DNA from: Laetmonice hystrix
Lineage: Eukaryota
Length of the DNA: 64,000 bases
Reading direction: 5' to 3'
NCBI GenBank assembly: GCA_965235115.1
Contig: OZ249436.1
Location: forward strand, 9,736,001-9,800,000
Made by a program: the position numbers and the translations under genes. Below the pieces are notes generated by a model, which searched no databases, had not been told where the DNA came from, and was given only the letters and a program-made list of their open reading frames with translations. Of the stretch, positions 1 to 12,074 are shown piece by piece. How positions within the stretch are numbered: position 1 is the first letter of the stretch; the number at the start of each line of letters is the position of its first letter.

Positions 1-901
1 CAATTTCTACCACTGCATTGAGCAAACACTGCACAACACAAGAAAAATGGTAGAAGGTAGCGACAGAATGCCATATTCTCTGAAAACTAAGGAAAACCTT
101 GAATTCATCAAACACTTACAGCTACCATACTTAATTTAAACAGCTCATACAAAAGGTAATATATGTGTATGGGTAGTTTTAAAATGGAGATTAATATGTA
201 AAACATTATGATCATGACGCTAACATTTAAATCTAGAGGACTATATCTAAGACACATAAGGTCATCCGATATTATTGAAGGTATGGATGTTAGCTTCAGC
301 CTTCATCTGTTGCGGATATCAGTGCATGTTATGTAGGTTCCGGGTGATACAGTGGTAATAAGGACTGATAGTATTACATGAAGTAGACCAAATAGACAAG
401 TTAGACGAAGGATGACCACATATACACGCCACACATGGCATACCATAGGAAGGAATGTCAGGGCATTGTTACGACAGTTTAAACATGATCTTAACTAACG
501 TGTCAATTATTCAGCTACTAAAGTTCATATATGCTATGGTCTGATTGACACCATCTTAAATTTAAAGGATCTTATCATATAAAAAGGAAGCAGGAATTAG
601 CCAGAAAAAGCCTATTTCGAATCCCTGTATATTCCATGTTAAGCCATTTCAATGTGTATCCTGAACACCCAATTTGTTCATAAGTGTTTCAGTCAGACAA
701 TCAAACTCTGAAGATTGGTCATCAGGCTATGAACAACATATGAATGTAAAGTATGATGTCACCAGTACTTTACCCCACGACCTTAGGTAGCTTCGTGAAG
801 TTACTCTAGGATCTTCCTAACCTGATACCCTGAACAACAGCAACCTGGCAGTTCTGGTCAGTTCTTGGGTGCTCACATGGGTTTGGGGGAATCGAATGGA
901 A

Positions 902-1256
902 TGACACATGAACCCCCCATTTTAAGACAACTTCCTTCGTTACTTGTTGACACACGAACCCCAATTTTAAGACAACTTCCGTCGTTCTTGTTGACACACA
1001 AACCCCCATTTTAAGTCAACTTCCATCATTACTTGTCGACACACAAACCCCCAACTTTAAGACGACTTCCTGCATTACTTGTTGCATTACTTGTTGCACG
1101 AACCTCCATTTTTTTAAAAAAACTTCCATCCATCGTTACTTGTTGCCACACAAACCTCCATTTTAAGACAACTTCCGTTCTTACTAGTTGACACACGAAC
1201 CCCCCCATTTTAATACAACTTCCATCCATTGTTACATGTTGACACACAAAACCCCT
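902..1256. repeat. Tandem repeat, ~45-bp unit, ~7 copies
   Basis: Recurring gacacacgaacccccattttaagacaacttcc..cgttacttgtt. Confidence 0.85.
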
Positions 1257-1566
1257 CCTGGGTGTTCTGTACACAGGGGTAATGACACACGTTCTAAGGA
1301 CCCAGCAACGTTTTCTTCAATACGTCACGTCAGTTCGTTAACTTTGTCATTTTCAGTCCGTCAGAAAAAATATTAAATAAATATAAAAAAATCTGCCAAA
1401 GGCAAATTAGTCAGGAAATGTCAGTCACATCGCACACAAACATACACAAATTTGTAACATAGAAATCACATCAGCAGCACTGTGAAGAATTTTGAAATTA
1501 ATAGAAAGTTAGTAAGAAGATTGGGAAAAAGGGGGAAAAAAGACAAAATAGGCCACATATACTTAC

Positions 1567-1584
1567 AAGATTAATGTCCTTGTA
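1567..1584 (-). CDS. Candidate alternatively spliced loop-1 microexon (YKDINL) of the myosin
   Basis: Pyrimidine-rich tract, then ccctgccttctgcag|TAC AAG GAC ATT AAT CTT|gtaagt. 18 nt, phase 0, consensus donor. Confidence 0.65.
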
Positions 1585-4286
1585 CTGCAGAAGGCAGGGA
1601 TATTAATGAAGGGGGGAAAGAAGAAGACAATCTTCATAAGTCACAACAAGCATGCACTGACAACATTGTCCATAATATTATGAGCCTTCATATCTGCAAC
1701 CCATTTAAAAAAAACTGGGTAAAAAAAAAATTTTGATCGTATTATTGGCAGAAACGTCATGAATCTGGTGTCATGCATATTAATTCTGGTACAGGCGTTG
1801 CCACAGCAGTTTAATTTTCATTTTTAAAATTCACAAAAACAGGTAAATGGGGTGCAAACATGAAGGATTTTCTCAAGGAAAAAGGAACATTCCTACCTCT
1901 AATTCGACCTGACTTTTTCAGTTGGTGCTTAAGTAACACTATTAGGGGTCTGAAAGATGATGTGCTAACCCTCGACAGCTACCCGAGACAACATCAAGGA
2001 ACAGTGTGGTGTAGTGAAGAAACCAATGAGAGAGTGCCGAGAAGGGGGCAGGACGTGTGTGTAAGGGTGGAGGGTGACCCAAGGGTGGAGAGTGACGGCG
2101 AGCCAAGGCCTCATGCACGGACCCCGGCCCGCCGGGACACCTGGGTTAGGGCGGGGCTAGGGAGCAGCACATCACACAAGGCCACCAAGATAATGAGCAG
2201 TATCAACACAAGAGGAGTCAAGAAACAGTGTGCGTCAAGATGCCGTGTCCGTGTCAGTTGTTTGTCAATACTGGAGGCTCCAGCAGGCGGGGGTAGTGAT
2301 GAGGCCGTTGATAAGGAGGCAAGGTGAGCAGGGAACACAACCCAAGAGGTTTGGTGATCCAGTGTATCATTTGGCGCGAACCACCGCCAGGTTCAGGCCG
2401 CAGCCGCTGCAACCAGTGGCTAGGCTTGTCTACATAGAATCACGTACGACAGCCTAGTATTCTACTGTCAGTGCCAAGGTACAGTAGCAAAACCTAGGGC
2501 GTTAAGCTACAAACGTCATCCAAATACAGCAACATAAACGACATCCCAGAAATACGTGGGTGGACTGAAGCGCAATCTGGACTGTGTGACCAGCATGCCT
2601 GAATCGATGTTTCAGTTCCAATACTGTCATGCAGAAAACATCTTCGATTCAGTGTGAAAACTGAAAAGCAATTCTCTGGCCACAAGTTGACAATGCAGCC
2701 TAGTCTAGCAAGTATGAGATCTCTTGGGGGATTAAACCCATACCTGGGGAGCATATGCAATACTGGGTTCATCAGCAACAGTGTACAGTTAAATGGGAGC
2801 AAGGTACAGCTTGGTTTTACTATGTACAAACATCTACATTGGTCAGAACCGGCTGGGGGCGTCATCAGAAACCAGTTACCTGAACTATGTGGTTCCTGAC
2901 CACTTTCAAACTGTCCCTGGAAATGTCTCCAGCCAGTTCTGGGTGTGTACGTGGGGTTAAGGTGTAATAAGCAATTATACTTCTTCCATGCAAGGTTCTC
3001 CTCAGTATTCCCTGGGCACTAGCATTTTGTTCCTTATACCCCCGCATAGATTTCTCCTTGATAAACCATAACCCTTTATTTTGTTAAACAAGGCATGAAA
3101 ATCAACCCGAAGCGGAACATGTGGAGTTTTAACCAGCCGTTTTGTAGTAAGTTAAATGCAGGTAGAAGTATCAACTGGCTTATGACATTCCTCAGAGATG
3201 GCATGACCTAACACCTCTCGTTCCCCCTAGACGAGTACGAGCAGGTACAACCTTTAGGGTCAGCTGTACCTGCTTGACTCACATGTTACACTTCCGATAC
3301 CAGTTCCATGTACAGCTGGACTCTGCTCTTCTTTCCCATGTTTTTTTTTTAAAGATCCCACATTTACCAGTGATGAACTTAATCAAACTAGATAAATATC
3401 ACTCCACCACCAGAGACAAGATGTACGTAGACAAATTAACAAACTTAAATGTTAGAACCTTGTTCTGATGTTAATATTTTAAAACACCTGTCTTCTCCCC
3501 CCCCCCCCCCCCCCAACTATCTTAGAGCAATAATAGGTCATTTTTCTACGATACAATAACTGACTTACACTTACACTAAAGTCATCAGGACAAGTGTTTT
3601 CTATTACTGGTCCAAGAATAATTAATGTTTGGTCTAAAGGAGAGCAAAGTCCAAGAAACATCTCGGACCTCATTTGCCCTACTACCATAAGCTTTCAAAT
3701 AGGTTTTTGTTCCATTCTTTTAACCATTCACTTTACAAGATTTTTTCCCACATAGCAACGTTTTCAGCAGTTTTAAAATGTTTATAAATCATTGTTCCGA
3801 ATTAATCAAGGTGGATACTGACATGTTACCACAGGAATCATACGCCATCAGAAGCTACCAAGTAATAGGGTTATGTCTGTGCCTTGAAATTATAAATCTA
3901 CAAAGTGCAAAGCAACTGAAAGGATAGCGAAATATGCCTGTCGACATGCAATCAGAGCATCAGGCAAGATAAAAGGCAGATTAATGTTACAGCCAGCCAG
4001 CCACCCCATACAGGGTCTCACCCCACTCTGTCTGAGTCTTTCGCTTGAATTTAAAGCCAAAGCCTCATTGCAGAGTTCCTCCGACCCAACCCCAATGCCA
4101 CAGAAAAGGGACGACGAGAAAAAAGGCAAAGCAAAAGTTCCCCAGTTGGAAATTGCATACAGCAACAAGGCACATACAAATTTCAGACCATCTGAACTGA
4201 CTGACAGTGTCTTATCTGTATAGTGTCACCTAAACAGTTTCTGGTTAATCTTCCTAGCCTTTACTTTTAAATGCAAATGTATATAC

Positions 4287-4310
4287 CTGGAGAGCCTTGT
4301 AATCTTGTAA
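4287..4310 (-). CDS. Candidate alternatively spliced loop-1 microexon (LQDYKALQ) of the myosin
   Basis: tgtgtttccag|TTA CAA GAT TAC AAG GCT CTC CAG|gtatat. 24 nt, symmetric phase 0, no stop, located at loop 1. Confidence 0.55.
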
Positions 4311-5368
4311 CTGGAAACACAATGTTTTTATTATGACAACTGTATAACTTCATTACCTAATGAAACGATCAGTTGTTAGGATTGTAATATAAAGTGCTAA
4401 ACTTTTGTGACAATAAAAGGAAATCACATTAAAATTCCCGTTCTGGTCTATAGTGTAAACAAATCAAACAAGGTCTACAAAGTAAATGAAATGGTTCAAA
4501 CAAACTCCATGCAAACTCTAAAAGGAGGAGTTAATTTAATCACGGTGATAGTCAAATGCCAGCAATGCCTCTCAGCTTCAGGACCTAAGAGGCTACTATT
4601 GTGTCCCCTTGACAATTGCTACAGGACAGCCCCTAGAATTTAAAGCAGCCTTTCTCTGTGAGCCATTATACTCAATTTTCAGGAAACTTAAATAAAATCA
4701 ACAAGAATCTAGAATGCTTATTTGTAATGAAAGAAACAAAATTCGCTGTGGCATGCACACTAACGCATACAAAATAACATAATTTCTAAATATCTACTTT
4801 CCCCATTCAGACTATTTTCCCTGGTAAAGCATGGCAAGAGTTTCTTTGCCTTCATTCCAAAATTCAATTAATCTTACTTTCACGCAATTTCAGAATAACA
4901 AACAGTAAAATAACTAATAGATTCGTATCCACCATGGAATTTATGACTATTTCTATGACACTCTTTAATAAATAGTTTTTCTGACACTTTTGGTCGATGC
5001 TGATTGGCCAATTCCGGGGGAAGGGGGAGGAATTGACACTCAAAAAGATCGACCAACGAATGTCAGACCCTGAAAGGTTACCTCAGGGTTATCTGATCAA
5101 CTCTGGTCCTGGCTGTTGGGCAGTGTCCATGCTTCGCAAACACTCGGTCAACACGAGCATAGACAAAGTTTGGCTTTACCCGCTGATTAAAGAATGTGCC
5201 GCCAGGTGGTTGAATTTCTATACGACTACGACCTCGCAGTCGGGCAGCAGAACTTTGGGGATTTACTGGCACCCATTTTCCATGGGTTTTGACAAAGTGG
5301 CGCTGAAAATAATCTGGTGCCGACTCGTCCTGCTGGAGCAGTTTGCTGGGAACGTTTTGGTGCAGTAC

Positions 5369-5489
5369 CTGTAGAGTGGTGAGCGTGTTGGAGGCCGACT
5401 GTTTCTGGGATCGTAACGACGCAGCGACGTACGCTAAATATTGGATGACCTTTTTTGTGTTTTCTGTTTTTCCAGCGCCAGATTCTCCC
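5369..5489 (-). CDS. zip (MYH9/MYH10-like): Non-muscle myosin II heavy chain, P-loop exon ([22 protein letters not shown]...TLQ) running into loop 1
   Basis: Acceptor ttttttccgcag|G GGA GAA, Walker A motif GESGAGKT, phase-0 donor CAG|gtactg. The next constitutive exon (GELE.QLLQANP) was not found, so the gene continues beyond position 1. Confidence 0.92.
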
Positions 5490-8037
5490 CTGCGGAAAAA
5501 AAGGAACATACATTCAGTACTTAGTCTAAACTAGCAGAACATTTTAACCTCAATCTATTTGTCGTATACGTTCAAAGATGCAAGGACCATGAAATCCATT
5601 CATCACTGCAAACACAGCTGCCAGCTGGTTCAAACTGGGTCTTACACTCAATTACCTATGGAGAAAGACATGGTAGATATCAGGATCGGCTAGGACATGA
5701 TATCTACAAGGTGAGACGGAAACCATCACATCAAGTACGCCCAGTCAGGCACCCATGTTTCAGTATACAGTGAACCTAACCTCGGAGCCATAAAAACTCC
5801 ACCAAATCTAAACCACTTGTTGGGAGAGCACGCACAATCTACGCCTGCAGCTATCGAGTGGGAATCCCCGATCCTGTCAGACCATGGGGGATCAACAGCC
5901 ACCAAATATCACAAACAAACATTGGTTACAGAGTCGAAATGTTGGTGCCCCAGTCTGGAAGCCACCCAGCAGCCTGGTGGTAGCCATCACGGCCGATTAG
6001 ATTGACACAACTAGTCACTCAGCCTGCCACTGCCACAAGCCCGCATCCCCACCCACCACCCTCTACATACACCGGACGCCCAATATTAATCACCATCTGA
6101 ACAAAGTATCACTCATGAGCCTAAACAATAATGACTTTCATTAAACCGCACTTCCCTCCTCAATGAATCACTATAATATCACTGCCTACAGTAACATGTA
6201 GCTCCAGTAAGCATCACTGGTTTGGCTCTCTCAGATTGGAGGCACCCGAAATATACAAAGTGTATTTCAGATTATCTAGTAAGCAAACCAGTAAGCATCA
6301 CTGGTTTGTTTCAGATTGGAGGCACCCATAATATATATTTCAGATTGCCTAGATTTCACACTACCTACCAAACCATACGACGGGACTAATTGGTCAGGGA
6401 AGACACCATCCCAGTTTTTCCACCATTGTTTTTTGTCTCCTGCCACCTAGAGGCCCAGTTCCTGTAGAACACGCCGGGTTTCGTGCTTGGTCTCTATCCA
6501 TCCACCCAGACAGCCACGGCGGAGGCGGCCCAACTCAGATGATTCACACATGATTCACCCTACCCTCCAGACCAGACCCCAGACCCAGACCTACGGGCCC
6601 CTTTCACAATCCCATTTCCTACCCCCTCGATCAGTTGGTTTGCCTGGCTCCAACGGTCAGCCAGCCGTCCACGAGGCGGAGGTTTGGGTTGAGGTAACAA
6701 CACCCACTCACAATATTGAATGGAGGACCTCTCTAACCGAGCCATCCCTCACAATATTGAATGGAGGACCTCTCTAACAGAACCATCCCTCACTGAAACC
6801 AACCGGTGGTGGCTGCTTGGAGCTATCTCTGGGACTCCTGACGTGTTGTGTAAACCCTTGGTTCCCCTCAGTCAGACCTTGGAAACGTTCCCATTACGTT
6901 CTATTGACCACTAATCTGGGAGGGGAAATGATAATTCCCAAATCTATGTACTCGTACAGATTGGAGACCTCTAGATTATTGGTGTACACATCAATCATAC
7001 AACCAGTCAATGTGAGCCACATGACACCTGCTGTTCTACAACCCGTGAACCCAACACGGTATGCAGGCCAAAACAGCATGGAAGGTGGCACTGAGCTACC
7101 ACTGCTGCCGATCTCAAACCATATCATGTTCGATTTACTGGTATGCTACCAGAATTGTCTACATCAGCTGACCAGTCGTTTCCTTTTTCACTTTCCTAAC
7201 ATTATTTGCACTGAGCGGCTCCAGTTCCAACTACCACCCCCTTATCTAACCTCAGGGAGAATCCATCATCACGTCCAGTCTGCCGGCTACAGACAGCTCT
7301 CCTCCCTGGTGGCCAGAGTAAACACTAATCCGGCGTAATGAACATAATAACCCTGGTAGAGAAGTATGCAGCAGTCCAATTAACTTATACATGCAGGCTA
7401 ATAATCTCATTACATTCATCAACTTAATAGGCCGAAGTGAAACTAACTTTACATACACATCCATTTTCTAATGCAAAAAAGGGGCGATATTTCCCAGTCC
7501 ACTTACCCCGGTACACACAATAACGTATCAACAATCAGAATCCACCATTACAAATCTGAACGTCTGTCAGTGTCTAAAGTTAGGCTTCCATGGATATCAG
7601 AGAACTTGGATAAGTATTGCAATACACGTGCTGGAACAATGAGAACTGTATTCGATCCCTTAAATCTGCTTGGGGCAGCTGTCAAGAACCGATCAAGGCT
7701 TCATGATCTTGTTTAACCAGGAATCTTCACCAGGGCAATGGGTCATGTGTGCACTGTTCACTAATATTAGAATTGTTATATAATAAACCCGCCTCATAGC
7801 GATGGTGTAGCAGGCCTTGGCTGACGTATGCTAGACCCTGTGGGAGGGGCTCCTGCCAGCCTCATCCTCCCAGACTAACAGGCTCGACTGTGAACCCGAT
7901 AGGGCACAGAATACTCGACCATCAACCTATCTTCATCAGTCACAAATCAAGGGTGGTGGCTCGGACAGCACAACTCCTTGCCGACATCTGGTGTGGGTTT
8001 CCGTCAGTACAACCTTCACTGACAGTGACAGACGGCA

Positions 8038-9556
8038 TGGGATGGATTGATAACTGTGGGAGGGTATCTGTGGGATGGATTGATATGTAGGAGGGTATCT
8101 GTGGGATGGATTGATAACTGTGGGAGGGTATCTGTGGGATGGATTGATAACCGTGGGAGGGTATCTGTGGGATGGATTGATAACTGTGGGAGGGTATCTG
8201 TGGGATGGATTGATCTGAGGGACGGTATCTGTGGGATGGATTGATAACTGTGGGAGGGTATCTGTGGGATGGATTGATAACTGTGGGAGGGTATCTGTGG
8301 GATGGATTGATAACTGTGGGAGGGTATCTGTGGGATGGTTTGATAACTGCGGGAGGGTATCTGTGGGATGGATTGATAACTGCGGGAGGGTATCTGTGGG
8401 ATGGATTGATAACTGTGGGAGGGTATCTGTGGGATGGATTGATAACTGTGGGAGGGTATCTGTGGGATGGATTGATAACTGTGGGAGGGTATCTGTGGGA
8501 TGGATTGATAACTGTGGGAGGGTATCTGTGGGATGGATTGATAACTGTGGGAGGGTATCTGTGGGATGGATTGATAACTGTGGGAGGGTATCTGTGGGAT
8601 GGATTGATAACTGTGGGAGGGTATCTGTGGGATGGATTGATAACTGTGGGAGGGTATCTGTGGGATGGATTGATAACTGTGGGAGGGTATCTGTGGGATG
8701 GATTGATAACTGTGGGAGGGTATCTGTGGGATGGATTGATAACTGTGGGAGGGTATCTGTGGGATGGATTGATAACTGTGGGAGGGTGTCTGTGGGATGG
8801 ATTGATAACTGTGGGAGGGTATCTGTGGGATGGATGGAGAACTGTGGAACGGTATCTGTGGGATGGATTGATAACTGTGGGAGGGTATCTGTGGGATGGA
8901 TTGATAACTGTGGGAGGGTATCTGTGGGATGGATTGATAACTGTGGGAGGGTATCTGTGGGATGGATTGATAACTGTGGGAGGGTATCTGTGGGATGGAT
9001 TGATAACTGTGGGAGGGTGTCTGTGGGATGGATTGATAACTGTGGGAGGGTATCTGTGGGATGGATGGAGAACTGTGGAACGGTATCTGTGGGATGGATT
9101 GATAACTGTGGGAGGGTATCTGTGGGATGGATGGATAACTGTGGGAGGGTATCTGTGAGATGGATTGATAACTGTGGGAGGGTATCTGTGGGATGGACTG
9201 ATAACTGTGGGAGGGTATCTGTGGGATGGATTGATAACTGTAGGAGGGTATCTGTGGGATGGATTGATAACTGTGGGAGGGTATCTGTGGGATGGATTGA
9301 TAACTGTGGGAGGGTATCTGTGGGATCGACTGATAACTGTGGGAGGGTATCTGTGGGATGGATTGATAACTGTGGGAGGGTATCTGTGGGATGGATTGAT
9401 CTGTGGGAGGGTATCTGTGGGATGGATGGATGGATAACTGTGGGAGGGTATCTGTGGGATGGATTGATAACTGTGGGAGGGTATCTGTGGGATGGATTGA
9501 TAACTGTGGGTGGGGGGGGGGGTATCTGTAGGATGGATGGATAACTGTGGGAGGGG
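8038..9556. repeat. G-rich 33-bp minisatellite, ~45 copies
   Basis: Unit ggattgataactgtgggagggtatctgtgggat. It explains the repetitive ORFs in several frames. Confidence 0.97.
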
Positions 9557-10484
9557 AGGAGGGAGGTTTAAAAAAAACAAATCTTTATGTACTTCCATGG
9601 GGGGGGGGGGGTTCTTACCTATTTTCCCATATTGCTCTCCAACTGCCCCCCCCCCCCTTGTCCTAAAGTCGAACGCCACCAGAAAATATTGGTTTTAGAC
9701 GTCCACTGGTTTCTTTTCTCCGATTCACCCACACTCCTAATAAAACTTCCTACTCGCAGTTCAAGACTTATATATCACCACTTGATCCCCGGCCCCACGA
9801 TCACAGTACAGGAGTTCTCTGGTAGCCTTCAATGACATGTGACCTCAGATTATCAGTTACATCCTAATTCACCCTCAGCCGCTGCCGACCTCAAAGATAA
9901 CCGCCTGATTGCGGTTCCTTTATCTGACCGTCAAGGCGGTCATATAAAAGTTTTTACCTCTCACATGACTCTGCCGCCTTGATAACTGAGGTCGACTTCA
10001 CCTGTCTTAGATAAACTACCCGGTAGTGTTTTTTTGTGCCACATAAAAGTGATCAGAATAGTTTCACAATAACGATATTTTAAAACAAAACATTGGAGAT
10101 CACACTAATATTAACAATGGGAAACAAAGAACTCCCACTAAGGTATCAGTTCCTCCATGCCTGAATTACGACTCACCTGTCTCACCTGGCAATAATCATG
10201 CAAACGCACTGCGGCAGTCAGGTTTCCTGAGACCAGTGAGCAAGTAAGTACTGGTACCTCTAAGATATCCCAGTTTACATCAATAAGTCGGCATTCTAGA
10301 CAACCTCTTTGCATTGTGTAGCAACATTCTCTACTCCACGGTTCCTGGGAGCGTATCCTCAGCACTATTGTGATCCTGAGGAATGAGGACTGCATCCTCT
10401 CCATACGTCCGGCCACCGGGAGGGGAGGGGGGGGGGGCCTGGCCCACACCTGTTCACATCATCACATTACATGATTGCTTCCTA

Positions 10485-11264
10485 TCCCACTTACCCCACA
10501 CACATACATGTAACATCTGTAGTACACCACCCAGCTCTTTCTCTCCGTGAAATACTAACGTTAGAACAAGATTACATCGGAACTCATACCAACGGTTCCA
10601 TGCCTAATCATGTCCCACTTACCCCACACACATACATGTAACATCTGCAGTACACCACCCAGCTCTTTCTCTCCGTGAAATACTAACGTTAGAACAAGAT
10701 TACATCGGAACTCATACCAACGGTTCCATGCCTAATCATGTCCCACTTACCCCACACACATACATGTAACATCTGTGGTACACCACCCAGCTCTTTCTCT
10801 CCGTGAAATACTAACGTTAGATCAGGATTACATCGGAACTCATACCAACAGTTCCATGCCTAATCATGTCCCACTTACCCCACACACATACATGTAACAT
10901 CTGCAGTACACCACCCAGCTCTTTCTCTCCGTGAACTCTTTCTCTCCGTGAAATACTAACGTTAGAACAAGATTACATCGGAACTCATACCAATAGTTCC
11001 ATGCCTAATCATGTCCCACTTACCCCACACACATACATGTAACATCTGTAGTACACCACCCAGCTCTTTCTCTCCGTGAAATACTAACGTTAGATCAGGA
11101 TTACATCGGAACTCATACCAACGGTTCCATGCCTAATCATGTCCCACTTACCCCACACACATACATGTAACATCTGTGGTACACCACCCAGCTCTTTCTC
11201 TCCGTGAAATACTAACGTTAGATCAGGATTACATTTAACTAAAAGTTCCATGTCTAATCATGTC
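10485..11264. repeat. Tandem repeat, 128-bp unit, ~6 copies
   Basis: tcccacttaccccacacacatacatg... recurs at 10485, 10613, 10741, 10869, ~11013 and ~11141. One unit has a short internal duplication. Confidence 0.95.
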
Positions 11265-11838
11265 GAGCTTGTTACAATTGAACTAAAGTCATTACAGAAG
11301 TATTTTCAACCGGGAAATTGTGGAAAATTAGTTGATACGCTTGAGTACACAAATTAAATACCAACAGGCTGAGCTCAGGCCAAACTACGATGTCTCCAAG
11401 ACAATTATTCTATGACGTCAGATTGTGTGCACAAACCTTTGGTTCCATAATGTGCCCTTACTAAAAACTCTGTGTCCTCGATAATGAGATACCAAGCTGC
11501 CAACAAAACCACTATTCAAGGACCTGGATATTCCCTTATCACAGATCCTCTTGGCTAGTGTTTGACCTAGACTGACTCACCAAATAACCTTGCCACATCC
11601 TGGAGATTCTTACCATATCCCGTCACCAAATTTATTCTTTATACATGCTCCTGGGGTTTTTTTTTATTCTTCTGGTTAGATATGGCAAGCATGGTCGACT
11701 GTTCGAGTAATGAATATCCCAGCTAAATAACTCATCCTGTTTTTGTAATAACTAGTGATCTTCCTATAGTGTTGTGTCAGAGACAGGTATGAAAAGTCCC
11801 GTGGTCGATTACCGTAACTGTCGGTATGCAAGTATATA

Positions 11839-12074
11839 CCGTATATGTCCTATCTGCCGCGCACCTCCTATTTGCCGCGCACCCCAGCATTTTTTAAAAC
11901 CCAATGTGTTTGTCAGGGGTGGAAATTTGGGAAAACTCATATTGGGGACTCATATTGGGGACTCATATTGGGGACCTATTTGGAAAGAAAATGCCCCCTT
12001 AACGTTAAAATAATTCATTTGCCGCGCACCCCCCTTCTGCACACGCGCATGCGCGGCAAATAGGACATATACGG
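11839..12074. mobile_element. MITE, Tc1/mariner-pogo type (TA TSD)
   Basis: 25-bp TIR CCGTATATGTCCTATYTGCCGCGCA with 1 mismatch, flanked by TA on both sides. Short internal actcatattgggg repeats. Confidence 0.85.

Noticed and set aside
7500..7560. Strong donor GGG|gtaagt preceded by a VIVCTG-like peptide resembling the microexon
   Set aside because: Wrong phase for the P-loop exon, in-frame stops upstream, and no good acceptor.
7940..9679. 579-aa, 437-aa and 305-aa repetitive ORFs
   Set aside because: They are translations of a 33-bp (multiple of 3) minisatellite that is open in several frames, with no splice or domain support.
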